A stretch of DNA of 64,000 bases from Octopus bimaculoides. Its lineage: Eukaryota. The stretch is from contig NC_068989.1 of assembly GCF_001194135.2 (NCBI RefSeq), positions 86,091,611 to 86,155,610 on the forward strand, in the 5' to 3' direction. Both the position numbers and the translations under genes were made by a program. Shown here piece by piece: positions 1 to 13,964 of the stretch. The notes under the pieces were generated by a model that saw nothing but the letters and a program-made list of their open reading frames with translations, searched no databases and was not told the DNA's origin. The first letter of the stretch is position 1. Each line of letters opens with the position of its first letter.

Positions 1-365
1 TACGACGATGACGAGGGTCCCAGTTGATCTGATCAATGGAACAGTCTGCTTGTGAAATTAATGTGCAAGTGGCTGAGCACTCCACAGACACATGTACCTT
101 TAACGTAGTTCTCGGGGAGATTCATCGTGACACAGAGTGTGACGAGGCTGGCCCTTTGAATTACAGGCACAACAGAAAGAGGAAGAAAGAGTGAGAGAAA
201 GTTGTGGTGGAAGAATACAGCAGGGTTTGCCACCAGCCCTTGCTGGAGCCTTGTGGAGCTTTAGGTGTTTTTGCTCAATAAACACTCACAACGCCCGGTC
301 TGGGTATTGAAACCGCGATCCAATGACCGTGAGTCTGTTGCCTTAACCACTGGGCCATTGCACCT
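1..365 (-). mobile_element. tRNA-derived SINE family D
   Basis: Minus-strand head GGTGCAATGGCCCAGTGGTTAAGG...GGTTTCAATACC (A/B boxes); other copies at 23305-23683 and 47877-48262. Confidence 0.85.
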
Positions 366-878
366 CTACTTGTAAAAGTATAATAAATATGTACTTTACA
401 AAGAAAGTATTGAGTAACTCTTCAGTTTAATGTCAAATTGTTTTTATTATATCTTGACATACATAAAATAATATATAGCATCATCTTCATAATTTAATGT
501 CTATTTTCCATGCTGGCATGGGTTGAACAGTTTGGCCAGAACTGCACCAGTTCCAGTCTGATTTGCTTTGGTTTCTATGGCTGGATGCCCTTCCTAATGA
601 CAATCCCTTTATAAAGTGTGCTGGATACTTCTCAGGTGACACCGACACGGCTGCTTTCCAGGCGGCACCAGCATGGCCTGCTTCCCAGGTGGCACCAGCA
701 CGGGTGCTTCTTACGCAGAACTGACATGGGTGCTTCCCAGGCGGCACTGGCACGGGTGCTTCCCAGGTGGCATGGGCACAGGTGCTACTCAGGCAGCATG
801 GGTGCTCTTTACATGGAACTGGCAGACACACACACACACACACCCTATATAGGCGTCAGAGGTAGTAGTAAATCTGAT

Positions 879-960
<82 letters not shown>

Positions 961-3048
961 CATACATATATATATACTCTCTGAGTGGTTGGCGTTAGGA
1001 AGGGCATCCAGCTGTAGAAACTCTGCCAAATCAGACTGGAGCCTGGTGTTGCCATCCGGTTTCACCAGTCCTCAGTCAAATCGTCCAACCCATGCTAGCA
1101 TGGAAAGCGGACGTTAAACGATGATGATGATGATGATGATGACATACATACATACATATACACATATATATATATATGTATAAAGTGTTAAGAGTACCCC
1201 TGATGCATCGGGCAATATGATATGCTTGAGAAGACCTATTGAATCAAGTAAAACCAATATCGTAGCTGTGGCCAGTACTCTCTGACTGGGTCCCGTGCTG
1301 GTGGCATGTAAAAAGCACCATCCGAACATGGATGATGCCAGGACCCCACTACTCTCTAGGAGTGGTTGGTGTTAAGAAGGGCAGCCAGCTGTAGAAACAC
1401 TGTAAGATCAGATTGGAGCCTGGTGCAGCCGCTGGCTCTCCAGACCTCAGTCAAACCATCCAGCCCGTGTCAGCATGGAAAACAGACGTTAAACGATGAT
1501 GATAGATATATATGTGTATATACAGTATTCATCACATATGTATAGAGTATTATTCACAACTGTCCAACAAATGGGAATGTGAAACTAACAGTTCAGGGGT
1601 AATTTTGCAGCTTTAATAAAAAGCATATTGCTCTACTTTTGGTATTCAAGTACTATTTCCTCCACTTTGCTTTGCACTTACATGCTCATCTGTATGTGTG
1701 TGTGCATGTGCACACACAGACAGACAGATAAATTTTCACAGTTTCCATCTACAAAATTCCCTCACCAGGGCATTGTTTGGCCTGGAGTTATAATGCTATG
1801 GTAAAAGCCACATGCTTATGGTGCCACACAGTAGGACTGAACCTAAAACCACATGGTCCCAAAGCAAACATCTTAATGAAATGACCATTCCTGGGTCGTT
1901 CTTTTGTGTGCATGCGTGCGCCCGTGTGCACACGAAAGAGAAAGATACTATAGGGTTTGATACATTACTGTGTTACTGTGTGTAATGTTGTATATTTGTT
2001 ATATATTGCCGTTCTACTAAATGTGTGTGTGTAAGTGTGTAGTACTTGTTATACAGGTTATATAAGGTTAGTGAGGAAATGATAGGAAATCATTGTAGTT
2101 GAATTCAATGCTAAATACCACCAGACAAGTGAAATAGTTATATACACAAAATGTGTGTGTTTATTCTATGACATTGCATGGTTGTTTTGCGACATGTAAG
2201 TGAATGACAAAACTATATATCGCATGCACATAAACACAAACAGCACAATAGGAAAGAAAAACTCACACACACACACACACAATCAAGCACACTTCAAAAT
2301 AACCATACAACCATTATTATAATGCACTCCCACGTAATGAAGTATTTATATGCTTGCTTGACCTACAAGAAACAGGAGCCAAATTTACCACAAACTACCC
2401 TTCTAGAAAATGAGAACAATGATCACTGGAATAACCTCCACCATATGCTCCACGAGGTTTTACAAACCCACCAGTTATGTGCACCACACCATCACCAAAT
2501 GCGTCTCAGTTTAGAGTCGTTAATATGTAGGACAAAATGCTTAGCAGTATTTCTTTTGGTTTTACATTCTGAGTTCAAATTCTGCTGAGGTCAACTTTGC
2601 TTTTCATCCTNNNNNNNNNNNNNNNNNNNNNNNNNNNNNNNNNNNNNNNNNNNNNNNNNNNNNNNNNNNNNNNNNNNNNNNNNNNNNNNNNNNNNNNNNN
2701 NNNNNNNNNNATATATATTATATACACACACACGCACACACATGTAGGTGCAAGCATGGTTGTGTGGTAAGCCATTTGCTTACCAACCACGTAATTTTGA
2801 GTTGTCCAAGGTGTCACTAAGTGGAAGCAGTAGTAGCAGATCCGAATTGTTTGTTTTTGCATTGGAGGAGGATAATTCGTCGATACCATTGACCCTGAAA
2901 TTTGATTGGTACTTTATTTTTAACAATCCCTCAGGGATAAAAAGCAACGAGCTGGGTAGAATTTGAACACAGAATCTAAAGACGAATGAAACGCTGCTAA
3001 GCATTTTGTCTGGCAGGTTAATGATTTGGCCAACTCACCACCTTAGTA

Positions 3049-3085
<37 letters not shown>

Positions 3086-4705
3086 TAATAATCCTTTCTA
3101 CTATAGGCACAAGGCCTGGAGTTTTGGGGGAGGGGACCAGTCAATTACATCAACCCCGGCGCATAACTGGCACTTAATTTATCGACCCCCAAAAGGATGA
3201 AAGGCAAAGTCAATCTTGGTGGAATTTGAACTCAGAACATAGCAATGGGCGAAATACCACTAAGCATTTCATCCAGCGTCCTAACGATTCTGCCAGCTCA
3301 CCACCTAAATAATGATAATAATAATACTATTAGTATCCTCCATGCATTTCTGTCCTTGTAACGAACAACATGAAAATATTCATTAGTCAGAATTGTATTT
3401 ACAGTTTCATTTACAAACTGCTGTTAAGTCCTAAGTGTAAGGAGAGGGACAAAACGTATCTGAGGACAATATTCTATTATCATCCACCACTAACACCAAG
3501 GAATCCCTATTATTCCAGTAATCTGAAAGAGAAGCGCAGAAGGAGGAGGAGGGGCTGTTCATAGTAACATCTCAAAACTTGTTTCCACTTGCTCTGTTTT
3601 GTAGTAACGGTATACCGAGATTGTACCAGTTGGTTGGTCAGCTTAATTTTATATTATGTGCGTGTGTGTGTGTGTGTGTACAAACATTATCAGCTGTACA
3701 CACACCGTTACGTATCTTGAACACTAAGACCAGATTTAGAGAAGTGTGTTAATAAGCCACACAGATATTTCACTTTGAGTACAGACACTTTGTTCTCTGG
3801 TCAACCCCTTAACTTTATTCTCCTGTAAAGTGGTTGTCAAGCGGGCAAGATTGTTGAGCATGGTTTGAGTGAAAGGGCCACTACACAGCATGTATCAATA
3901 GGTTGAAGAAATTTGTGGGGTTTCTCAGTTGCTCCTAGGCAGTTGTCCTCCTCCGAGGGCACTACCATTCATTTATATCCTATATATAATATAATTGTTT
4001 TTTCTTCTCATCTGATTTGTGTGTGTACCTCTCCACTTTTTGTAACCTGTTCCTGGCAGAACCGCAGAACCACAAGAGCACCGGAGAAAGTGTTTTGCAG
4101 TGCTTCTTCTGGCTCTTTACAGTCTAGTTACTGAGGTCAACTTTGCATTTAATCTTTCTGGGGTTGATAAAATAAGGTACCACTTAAGTACTAGAAGTGA
4201 CAGAACCAACTTATCACCTGCTCCAAATAGGTATACACACACACAAACACATGATATGCTTTTTCTAAATTCCATCTAACAAATCCATATATGTGTGTAT
4301 ATATATGTGTGTGTGTGTATATATACATACATATATCATCATCGTCGTTTAATGTCTGCTTTCCATGCTGGCATGGGTTGAATGGTTTGACTGAGAACTA
4401 GCAAACCAGGAGGCTGCACCAGGCTCCAATCTGATTTAGCAAGGCTTCTACAGCAGGATGCCCTACCTGATGCCAACCACTCCAAGAATGTAGTGGGTGC
4501 TTTTATGTGCCACTGGCATGGGAGCAAGTCAGGTGGCACTGGCATCGGCCATGCTCAAATGGTGCTTTTTACATGCCACCAACATGTGTGCCAGTTGGGT
4601 GGCACTGGTATTGGCCACACATGAATGGTGCATTTTATGTGCCACCAGCACAGGTGCCAGTCAGGCGGCACTGGCATTGGCCACGACTTCACTTGGTTCA
4701 ACAGG

Positions 4706-4741
<36 letters not shown>

Positions 4742-4769
4742 AATATGTGAACACACAATTGTTTGACCC

Positions 4770-4803
<34 letters not shown>

Positions 4804-5396
4804 TATATATNNNNNNNNNNNNNNNNNNNNNNNNNNNNNNNNNNNNNNNNNNNNNNNNNNNNNNNNNNNNNNNNNNNNNNNNNNNNNNNNNNNNNNNNNN
4901 NNNNNNNNNNNNNNNNNNNNNNNNNNNNNNNNNNNTATATATATATATACACACACACACAATGCCTTGGTGCATCTTAATGCCAAGGAAGCTCGTTAAC
5001 ATTCTTTTTTTCTAAATCTAAATCTTGGTTAACTAACCCTAATTAATGTATGTTTTCTGCGTCCGCTCTCCAGCTCCATCCCCCATCGGCATAGCTGTTC
5101 ATCCTGACTGACATCACATCACCCAGTAAACCCACCCAACTAAACAACCTACTTTCAGATGATGCACTAGAAACCATCGCATACTTGGGGAATCATTCAT
5201 TCCAATTCCAGCTGATTGGCTCTGAATGAGGAAGCAGCATTTCTTACATTAGCACAAGGTCACAAATTAATAGGAGACGTGGATACAGATGCTAAAGCAA
5301 CCTCAGTAGTTTAACATTAAAATAGAATGAAAGACAATATCAGTAATGTACAAACTGAAACCAAAATAAATAAACAAAATTTTAAATTAGTCCCCA

Positions 5397-5427
<31 letters not shown>

Positions 5428-5846
5428 CACAGAATGAAAAGCAAAGATTATAATTTTGACCTTTGTAAAATTATAATAATAATTTGTAATTTAGGCACAA
5501 ATTTAGTGATCTGAGGTGGGAGAGTGTTTAACTAGACTTACCTAAGTGCATCCGGATGCTTAACCAGAAAGGATCATCAAGGAATACTGTATTGCATTAA
5601 AGTTACGGAGAATTAAAGGTTAGTGATAGGAAGGGTATCCAGCTGTAAAATAATTCAGACTAAAATGGGTAAAGGGGCACACATATAACACTGATTCTAT
5701 ATAACTTAATGCAATAAGATGTTTCTTGATGATCTATTCTGCTTAAGCCTTCAAATGCACTTGGAATGCAGGGTTCCAAGTAAACATAATGGCGAAACAT
5801 ATGTTGGAAATAATAATAATATAAACATGGGTCTATCTTGATTTCT

Positions 5847-5890
<44 letters not shown>

Positions 5891-5904
5891 ATGGAGTGTG
5901 TGTG

Positions 5905-6020
5905 TGTGTGTGTATGATGGGGTGTGTGTGTGCATGACGGAGTGTGTGTGTGTGTGTGCATGACGGAGTGTGTGCATGACGGAGTGTGTGCATGACGGAG
6001 TGTGTGCATGACGGAGTGCA
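5905..6020. repeat. Minisatellite (gtgtgtgcatgacgga)n grown out of (GT)n
   Basis: About five copies of gcatgacggagt separated by variable GT runs. Confidence 0.85.
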
Positions 6021-6168
6021 TGTGGGTGTCACGGTGTGTGTGAGTGTATGAGAAAGGAATAGAAAGTGTATGAGTGTGTTTGAATAAGGGTGGGAGTAGG
6101 TGTGTGAGAGAGAGAGAGAGAGAGAGAAAGAAAGAATGAGAGAGAGGGAGGAAGAGAGAGAGAGAGAA

Positions 6169-6209
<41 letters not shown>

Positions 6210-6448
6210 ATTTATGTGTCATGAAGATCATGTTGGAGGAACCCAGCAGAAACTTATGTTATTTTTGGGTGTTGATAAAAATGCCGAGGCAATGGGTAGG
6301 AAATAATTGGCGAGGCTGGAAGCTGACAACATCCTGGGTGGATGTGGTAGGGAGATCAACATACTGTAGGTATTAACCAACATACAAAAACAAACACACA
6401 CACGTGTATGTATACATGTTTCTTGCTTAGACAACAAAGTAAATAAAT

Positions 6449-6515
<67 letters not shown>

Positions 6516-7035
6516 AATGTATATGTATATATTATGTAGGCAATATAGTGTCAAATTTCATTAAAATTCGTGAGTATATATATATACATATATATACATA
6601 CATGCATACACAGTTTTTGCATTCATATATGCACACCTATTATAATATAAATGTATGTATGTATGTATATATATATATCAACTGTGTGTGTTTATACGCA
6701 TACACACAGAACAGCATGTCTGAAGAGCTTCGGCAAGAGCACATACATGTTTATATGTGTATGTATACATATACACATGTAGCTGCATACATATATGGTT
6801 TAATATTGTACAAAAATAGCATACAAAAAAAGACAGAGACATGTGAGGGACGTATTAGTTTCAAGCCTATATATATATCTATCTATACATAGACACATAC
6901 ATACATACGCTCATGATTGTTCATCCAACAAATTTTCCAATGATCCAGCAATTCACGGAAGCAAGAAAGAAGTAAAGAAGCCAGGTATGCAGGGGACCCA
7001 AGCGTCACAATTAATATTCAATTTATCACCCTCAG

Positions 7036-7067
<32 letters not shown>

Positions 7068-7490
7068 NNNNNNNNNNNNNNNNNNNNNNNNNNNNNNNNN
7101 NNNNNNNNNNNNNNNNNNNNNNNNNNNNNNNNNNNNNNNNNNNNNNNNNNNNNNNNNNNNNNNNNNNNNNNNNNNNNNNNNNNNNNNNNNNNNNNNNNNN
7201 NNNNNNNNNNNNNNNNNNNNNNNNNNNNNNNNNNNNNNNNNNNNNNNNNNNNNNNNNNNNNNNNNNNNNNNNNNNNNNNNNNNNNNNNNNNNNNNNNNNN
7301 NNNNNNNNNNNNNNNNNNNNNNNNGACCACCTATCTCATTTGTTGGTTCACTGCTCTCTTTCTCTCAATCTTATCTATTTATCTTTTTTAACTTTTTCTC
7401 TTTCTTCCATCTCTCTCAGCACAATCACTGCTTTCTCTTCTATAGCACCACATGAAACATTTAAAAACAAAACAACAACATGTGACTTGG

Positions 7491-7531
<41 letters not shown>

Positions 7532-8007
7532 TATTTATAGAATGCTTGTGGATTAACCAATTCCTAGCTTTCAAACCTGGAATTTCTGCATTGAGATAGC
7601 TAGCAAATTGGCACCTGCTCCTTCTCACCAAGGTCTGCTGGAATGCTTACAACGACAGTGGCAAGCGTGCTACATCTTATAGAAATATACTCAACATCAT
7701 GCTATGTCTAACACATTTCTGTTTTTATAGACTCATTTGTTCCCATTTACCTGAGCAGCTATGCACGCACAAACACATACATATTTGTGTGTGTATGTGT
7801 ATGTTTCTCCTAATAAGAAGTGGCACAGACCATGATGACCCATCCAACTTATGCATGGAAAGTAGTTGCGAAATGAAGCTATATCACACATATACACACA
7901 CACACACAAACGCATACATACACATTTACACATGCACATAAAAGCATATATGTATAAATATATACAAATACATACTTGCATAAACACACAGACATATATG
8001 CTTACAT

Positions 8008-8352
8008 TCTTTTATTCTTTATTTGTTTGTCATTTGACTGTGGCCATGCTGGAGCACCACCTTTAGTTGAATAAATCAACCCCAGGACTTATTCTTTGTA
8101 AGCCCTATGGGGACGTAAACACCAACATTGGTTGTCAAGTGATGATGGCAGGACAAATACAGACACACAAACATATACATTCGCCATGATAGATCGCTAG
8201 CCACTAAACCTTTTCTATTTTCTTTCCCTGTTTATTTCTGTGTTCCTCTCTGTTGAAGAGCATAGGCTCAAAACGTAAAAGACTTTCTCACTTTCCGAGC
8301 GTTAAACTAATTACACACCCGTAATCATCTTTTGTAAATTCTAAATACACAT

Positions 8353-8385
<33 letters not shown>

Positions 8386-8554
8386 CATACATGATGGACT
8401 TCTTTCAGTTTCTGTCTACCAAATCCACTTACAAGGCTTTGGTTGGCCTGAGGCTATAATAGAAGACACTTGCTCAAGGTGCCATGCAGTGGGACTGAAC
8501 CCGGAACCATGTGGTTGGTAAGCAACCTACTTACCACACAACCACACTTGCACC
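8008..8554 (-). mobile_element. SINE family A with a nested Penelope-like fragment (about 8180-8330)
   Basis: Tail at left, head at right; foreign insert in the microsatellite region. Confidence 0.8.
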
Positions 8555-8613
8555 CATATATATATATATATATAAAAATAAATTACACACACACACAAGA
8601 GTACATAAGCATG

Positions 8614-8655
<42 letters not shown>

Positions 8656-8780
8656 GTGTATAAATAATGTAATGTTAAGTGTTTATGCGTGTGCCCACAT
8701 TGCTATGCTAATGTATTCATAAATAATATCTAAAACAGCAGGACTAAAAAAACAAAATAATCACAACTTCATTAGAAGCA

Positions 8781-8838
<58 letters not shown>

Positions 8839-9029
8839 TCACAGCAGTGTCCAGGTAACAGTGAATCAAGAAACCGAGATGCTCACCCACTTCCATCATC
8901 AGCATCATCATCACTAGCAGTCAAACTGACTCACACCTGCAACACACTGAGCTTGTATCGTTAACCTGAAAGTTTCTGGAACTAATGAGAAATGTATGTG
9001 AGCAAGTGGATATGTATGTCTGCTTGTAG

Positions 9030-9080
<51 letters not shown>

Positions 9081-9492
9081 TCTGTCTGCTCCATATACGT
9101 GAGAGTGTGTAAGCATGTGAGTACAGTTTAATTACATGGCTACATGTGCATTTGCAAGTGCATATATGTAAACAAGTACATGAGTGTGTGTAGATGACTA
9201 AATGAAAACTAATTAATTTCAGAGTACATGTGTAAAGTTAAAACAAAGTAACATATCTAATAAAGTTGCAAAAAAAAAAAAAAATGAAAAAACATTAAAA
9301 AAAAGGTTTTAAATTTACTTTCTATTCTCTCTCCTCCACCCAATACCATCACCCACTCCACATCAAACCTTCACTACTACTAGAATTATCCTTACTACAC
9401 CCGTTTCCTATCATCTACACTCAACATTCTAACCACCGCCACCGCCAGTACCAATTGAAATGAGAGTGAGTCAACAGAGAGAACTACTACAT

Positions 9493-9782
9493 CAGGGCTG
9501 GCCAAATTGAGGCCCACGGGCCACATGCAGCCTGCTTGATACTTTCTTGAAATGGGTTTATTTTTAACAAACATTTAAAACATTTTATCAAAAATTAAAG
9601 ATTGTAATGAAAAATAAGAAAGATGTTTTTGCAATGATAATATTTCCTGTTGAATCAACGATCATACATTCATTATTGTAATAATAGCATAATGCTTTTA
9701 AAATGCTTTCAATTGTCAGTATAAAAATCGACCCTCAAGAAAACTAGGTAGCCCACAATCTAATTCAAGTTGGCCAGGCCTG
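9493..9782. mobile_element. hAT-like MITE
   Basis: TIRs CAGGGCTGGCCAA / TTGGCCAGGCCTG; subterminal GGCCCACGGGCC; TACAT directly on both flanks. Confidence 0.65.
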
Positions 9783-10153
9783 TACATGATTGCTCAGCAT
9801 GCAAGAAATAGCAGCTAAATCTCTTTCAAACTAAGACTGTCTTAAAAGAAGGGCATATTGGAAAATATAGTTTTTGATATCTGGATTGCTTTTGCTCAAA
9901 GGTCCTTTTGATCAAGTGGAGGTGCATTTCTTGATGGTCATGATCGTAAGATTGTGGTTTCGATTCCTGAACTGGACAATGTATTGTGCCCTTGAGCAAG
10001 ACACTTCATTTCCACATTGCTCCAGTCCACTCGGGTAGCAAAAATGAGTAATTCTGCGATGAACCAGCATCCTGTCCAGGCAGGGAATATATACGACCCA
10101 GAAACAGGGAAACTGACCATACGATTCTATATAACTCGGAAAGTAGCTTTATC

Positions 10154-10185
<32 letters not shown>

Positions 10186-10554
10186 TTTATTGAGAGCTGA
10201 GATAGGGTGAAACAACAAAATGAAATAAAACTATAACTGTTACATTTATTGAAGTGTTACTTTGGTAATGCCAGTGACTTGTCCTTTATTTCTAGCCATG
10301 ACTAGAAAGAGATTTGGTTGCTATCTCTTGCAGCTTATGTGACTATATAAAAAGTTCCCTTGCCGGTTCATCTGCAGTTAAGGTTTCAACATTGTGACTT
10401 AAACTTTCATCACCATCATTTCACAACTATTTTCCATGCTGGCATGTGTTAGATGGGTTGTTAGGATCCAAGTCCTTTTTTGGAGTTACTGCCCTCTTTT
10501 GATGGATTGGGGGAACCACATCTTACTTGTTCGTGTCTTTCTTGTATGGAAAGT

Positions 10555-10730
10555 GATGGATTGGTAATAGGAAGAAAATCTGCTTTAATAAATTGTCTGA
10601 CCCATGCAGGCATGGAAAAGTAAAAGTTAGTGAGATTTTGTACACACACATACACAAACTTTTAATTTCTGTCTAACAAATTGTCTCACAGGGTATTGGT
10701 CAGCTGGAGCTATAATAAGACACTTGCTAT
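10555..10730. repeat. Left arm of a local inverted duplication (right arm 12736-12913)
   Basis: Manual alignment: 8 substitutions and one 2-nt indel over about 176 bp. Confidence 0.9.
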
Positions 10731-11593
10731 CACTTTTATGGCACAAGACACTTTCAAAAAATGATACTGGAAAAAAAAAAAAATCACTTCAGATCTTTTA
10801 TGTAAAGTTGAGCCTCCCATAAGCTAATATTGTCCCTGACAATCACTTGTTCCCTGACATGTGCTGCTGAAATTGGGATACATCTAATATGCCTGTGCAT
10901 CTTTTATGCCATCAAATACAGTACTTTATTATGGCACCAGCTTTAGAGAGGTTGTCATATTCTCAGTAAGACAAAAGAGGTCCACTTGATGCATAGAATA
11001 AGAAAAGACACTTTTTCGATTTGATGATTTCATTTTTGCTTTCTTCCATTCATTTAACATCCGTTTTTCCCATACTAGCAGGAGTTAGACAGGAGAGACA
11101 CTTGATGTGAGATTTTTATGGATAGATGCTCTTCCTGTCACCAACCTTTAACTGTTTTTTCAAATAATGTGATCCAGAATTCCTTGTTCAAGGTTAAAGA
11201 CAGAATGATTACAGCTTGATCACAGCTCTGCTCTGACTTAGGGTTAAATAACACCCACCGCCTTCACTAAATCTTTCTCAAATCACACCCGCATTAGGTC
11301 ATATACTTATAAATATGCCCCAAAACAACATTGGTCAAGGCCAAAATACCCTTAATCATAAGTCTTCTCAATCAAGATTGACCCAGGGCTAAACAGCTAC
11401 AACATGCACCACCACCACCAGACACATTCAAGGAAATGTTAAAATTTTTTAATGAAAATCTATTTGTTGTTGGTGATATTCAATCACACACACATCTATT
11501 CATTCACCTGTACACCTACACAAACACAGAACAGACTTATGTTCGTCTAATGTTCAAAGACAATCTTGTTGACATCCCCACCACCATGCTTAC

Positions 11594-11641
11594 TCCTACA
11601 TACACACGACCCCTATTCAGTGGACCAGAGTGATATCTCAA
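11594..11641 (-). other. Candidate 48-nt exon (LRYHSGPLNRGRVYVG)
   Basis: atttttttgttttttcag acceptor, GGA|gtaagc donor. Confidence 0.3.
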
Positions 11642-11860
11642 CTGAAAAAACAAAAAAATGTACCATTTTCTAATGAAAGACAAACTGAATTGTATCTTTG
11701 TTTCATTTGCGTGTCTTCTTAAAGAAATAGAAAGAAAACTGGGTCAACATCAGTCACATAAATTACATTGAACAGGGTGGACTTACACGATAACTATGAC
11801 AAGGCTTGTTTCTAATGAGGAGCAGAAAGAGTAATAGAATGCAAGTTTAATTTACAATCA

Positions 11861-12256
11861 GGCTGTGTGGTAAGTAGCTTGCTTACCAACCACATGGTTC
11901 CGGGTTCAGTCCCACTGTGTGGCACCTTGGGCAAGTGTCTTCTACTATAGCCTCGGGCTGACCAAAGCCTTGTGAGTGGATTTGGTAGACGGAAACTGAA
12001 AGAAGCCCATCGTATATATGTATATATATATGTATGTGTGTGTGTTTATGTGTCTGTGTTTGTCCCCCCTAGCATTGCTTGACAACCGATACTGGTGTGT
12101 TTATGTTCCCCGTCACTTAGCGGTTCGGCAAAAGAGACCAATAGAATAAGTACTAGGCTTACAAAGAATAAGTCCCGGGGTCGATTTGCTCGACTAAAAG
12201 TGGTGCTCCAGCATGGCCGCAGTCAAATGACTGAAACAAGTAAAAGAGTAAAAGAG
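11861..12256 (+). mobile_element. SINE family A (tRNA-like head, CORE-like ccttgggcaagt, internal TA/TG microsatellite, AAAAGAGT tail)
   Basis: ggctgtgtggtaagtagcttgcttaccaaccacatggttccgggttcagtccc...gtcaaatgactgaaacaagtaaaagag; more than 12 copies in the window. Confidence 0.88.
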
Positions 12257-12735
12257 AGAATCATTCCAACTCTTTTACAGCATTTCTTATAGTCTGAAAC
12301 ATGTTGACACTCATAGGTCACCCAGGATCATGTTTGGAACCTTCTTTTGTATATCCATAATCACCACACTGGAGTTTCCTCAGTAAACTTCTTTATTTTT
12401 ATGATCATCTCAGTGTGTAAAATTTACAAAAAAAAAAAAAAAAAAATCTCAATGAATTAAAATTTGTTTATTGACATCTTCAATAAAAGACCCCAAAAAT
12501 CACATTTTGATAAAAATATAAAAATTAGGATTTTCCAAAGAATTTTCTAGACAATACAGATTTTAATAATTGCTTTCTTTTAATAAAAACTTACTCATAG
12601 CTAACTAATAAGTAGCTTTCTTCATTATAGCAAAGAGGCTTTTGTAGCTTTATTAATCTATGTAAGGAAAACTAAAAATTTTGGCTCAAAGTAAAATTTC
12701 ATAATTTGCAATTTTAATATAATTTTATAAAAAAT

Positions 12736-12913
12736 ATAGCAAGTGTCTTTTATTATAGCTCCAGCTGACCAATACCCTGTGAGACAATTTGTTAGACAGA
12801 AACTAAAAGTTTGTGTATGTGTGTGTACAAAATATTACTAACTTTTACTTTTCCATGCCTGCATGGGTTAGGCAATTTATGAAAACAGATTTTCTTCCTA
12901 TTACCAACCCATC
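12736..12913. repeat. Right arm of the local inverted duplication
   Basis: Reverse complement of 10555-10730. Confidence 0.9.
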
Positions 12914-13940
12914 TAGGTAATATTACCCTATGGCCTGAAATGTTTTCACAGAATATCAAAAATGAATGGCGTTCATGCACAACAATTACATGATGTTAGG
13001 AGAAAGAGATGAATACATACAAACACACATGCAAATAAATATGCACATATACATGCATACGATAGGCTTCCTTCAGTTTCTGTTTACCAAATCTATTGAC
13101 TAGGTTTTGATTAGTTTGAGGCCATATGTAAGAGACATTTGCCCAAGGTACCACACAGTAGGACTGAACATGAAAGCACACAGCTAGGTCTGCATCTATT
13201 AGTGTATGTGTGTGAATGTTTATAATATATGGTAAGCACCTGCTACAGGTGATGACATCACTGCAGCTGCTGCCCTCTTGCGGTGCATTTTCAAATTCCA
13301 ATAGAATAAAACAATAAAAAAAATATCCCCCATCTAAAAAAATAGTTAAAAGGTTGGTGACAGGAAGGGTATCTGTTCATAAAAATCCCGCCTCAAGTAT
13401 AGGGAAAAAAGATGTCAAATGAAAGGAAGAAAACAAAAATTAAATTATCAAATCAAATTTAGCTTTTTTTTATTTACATTTTATTCTTTGTTTAATACTG
13501 TCTCAAATTTCAATATTGTTTGTTTTCTAAATTGTCTCTTTTTTAAAAATTATATATGATGCACCAAATTTGTGCCAATTTCTATTTTGATATGCATATC
13601 AGCCAGGAAATATATATGTCAAATGATGATGGTGATGCATGCACATGCACAAAAATCTCCATTTTTATCAACATGAAATTTGAATTTACACACACAGAGA
13701 GGTCAGTTAATGAGAGAACTTGTACCTGGTCACTAATCTACTAGAAATAGCAGCCATACATCAATCAAATCACACCCTATGATTTTAAAAGGTGAATGTG
13801 GAATATATAGTCCTAGATACAATACAAAAATATCTGGAGGAGAAGTCTGTCTGCTTGATTTTGCCTAACCTGGGTGATCTTTATCAGGTTTTTTTTACCC
13901 TTGAAAACAAATTTCATTGACAGTAATATCTTTATCTTAC

Positions 13941-13964
13941 TTTCATATCAATCTGAAAGCTGAC
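13941..13964 (-). other. Candidate 24-nt micro-exon (VSFQIDMK)
   Basis: gccttctctactccag acceptor, AAA|gtaaga donor. Confidence 0.22.
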
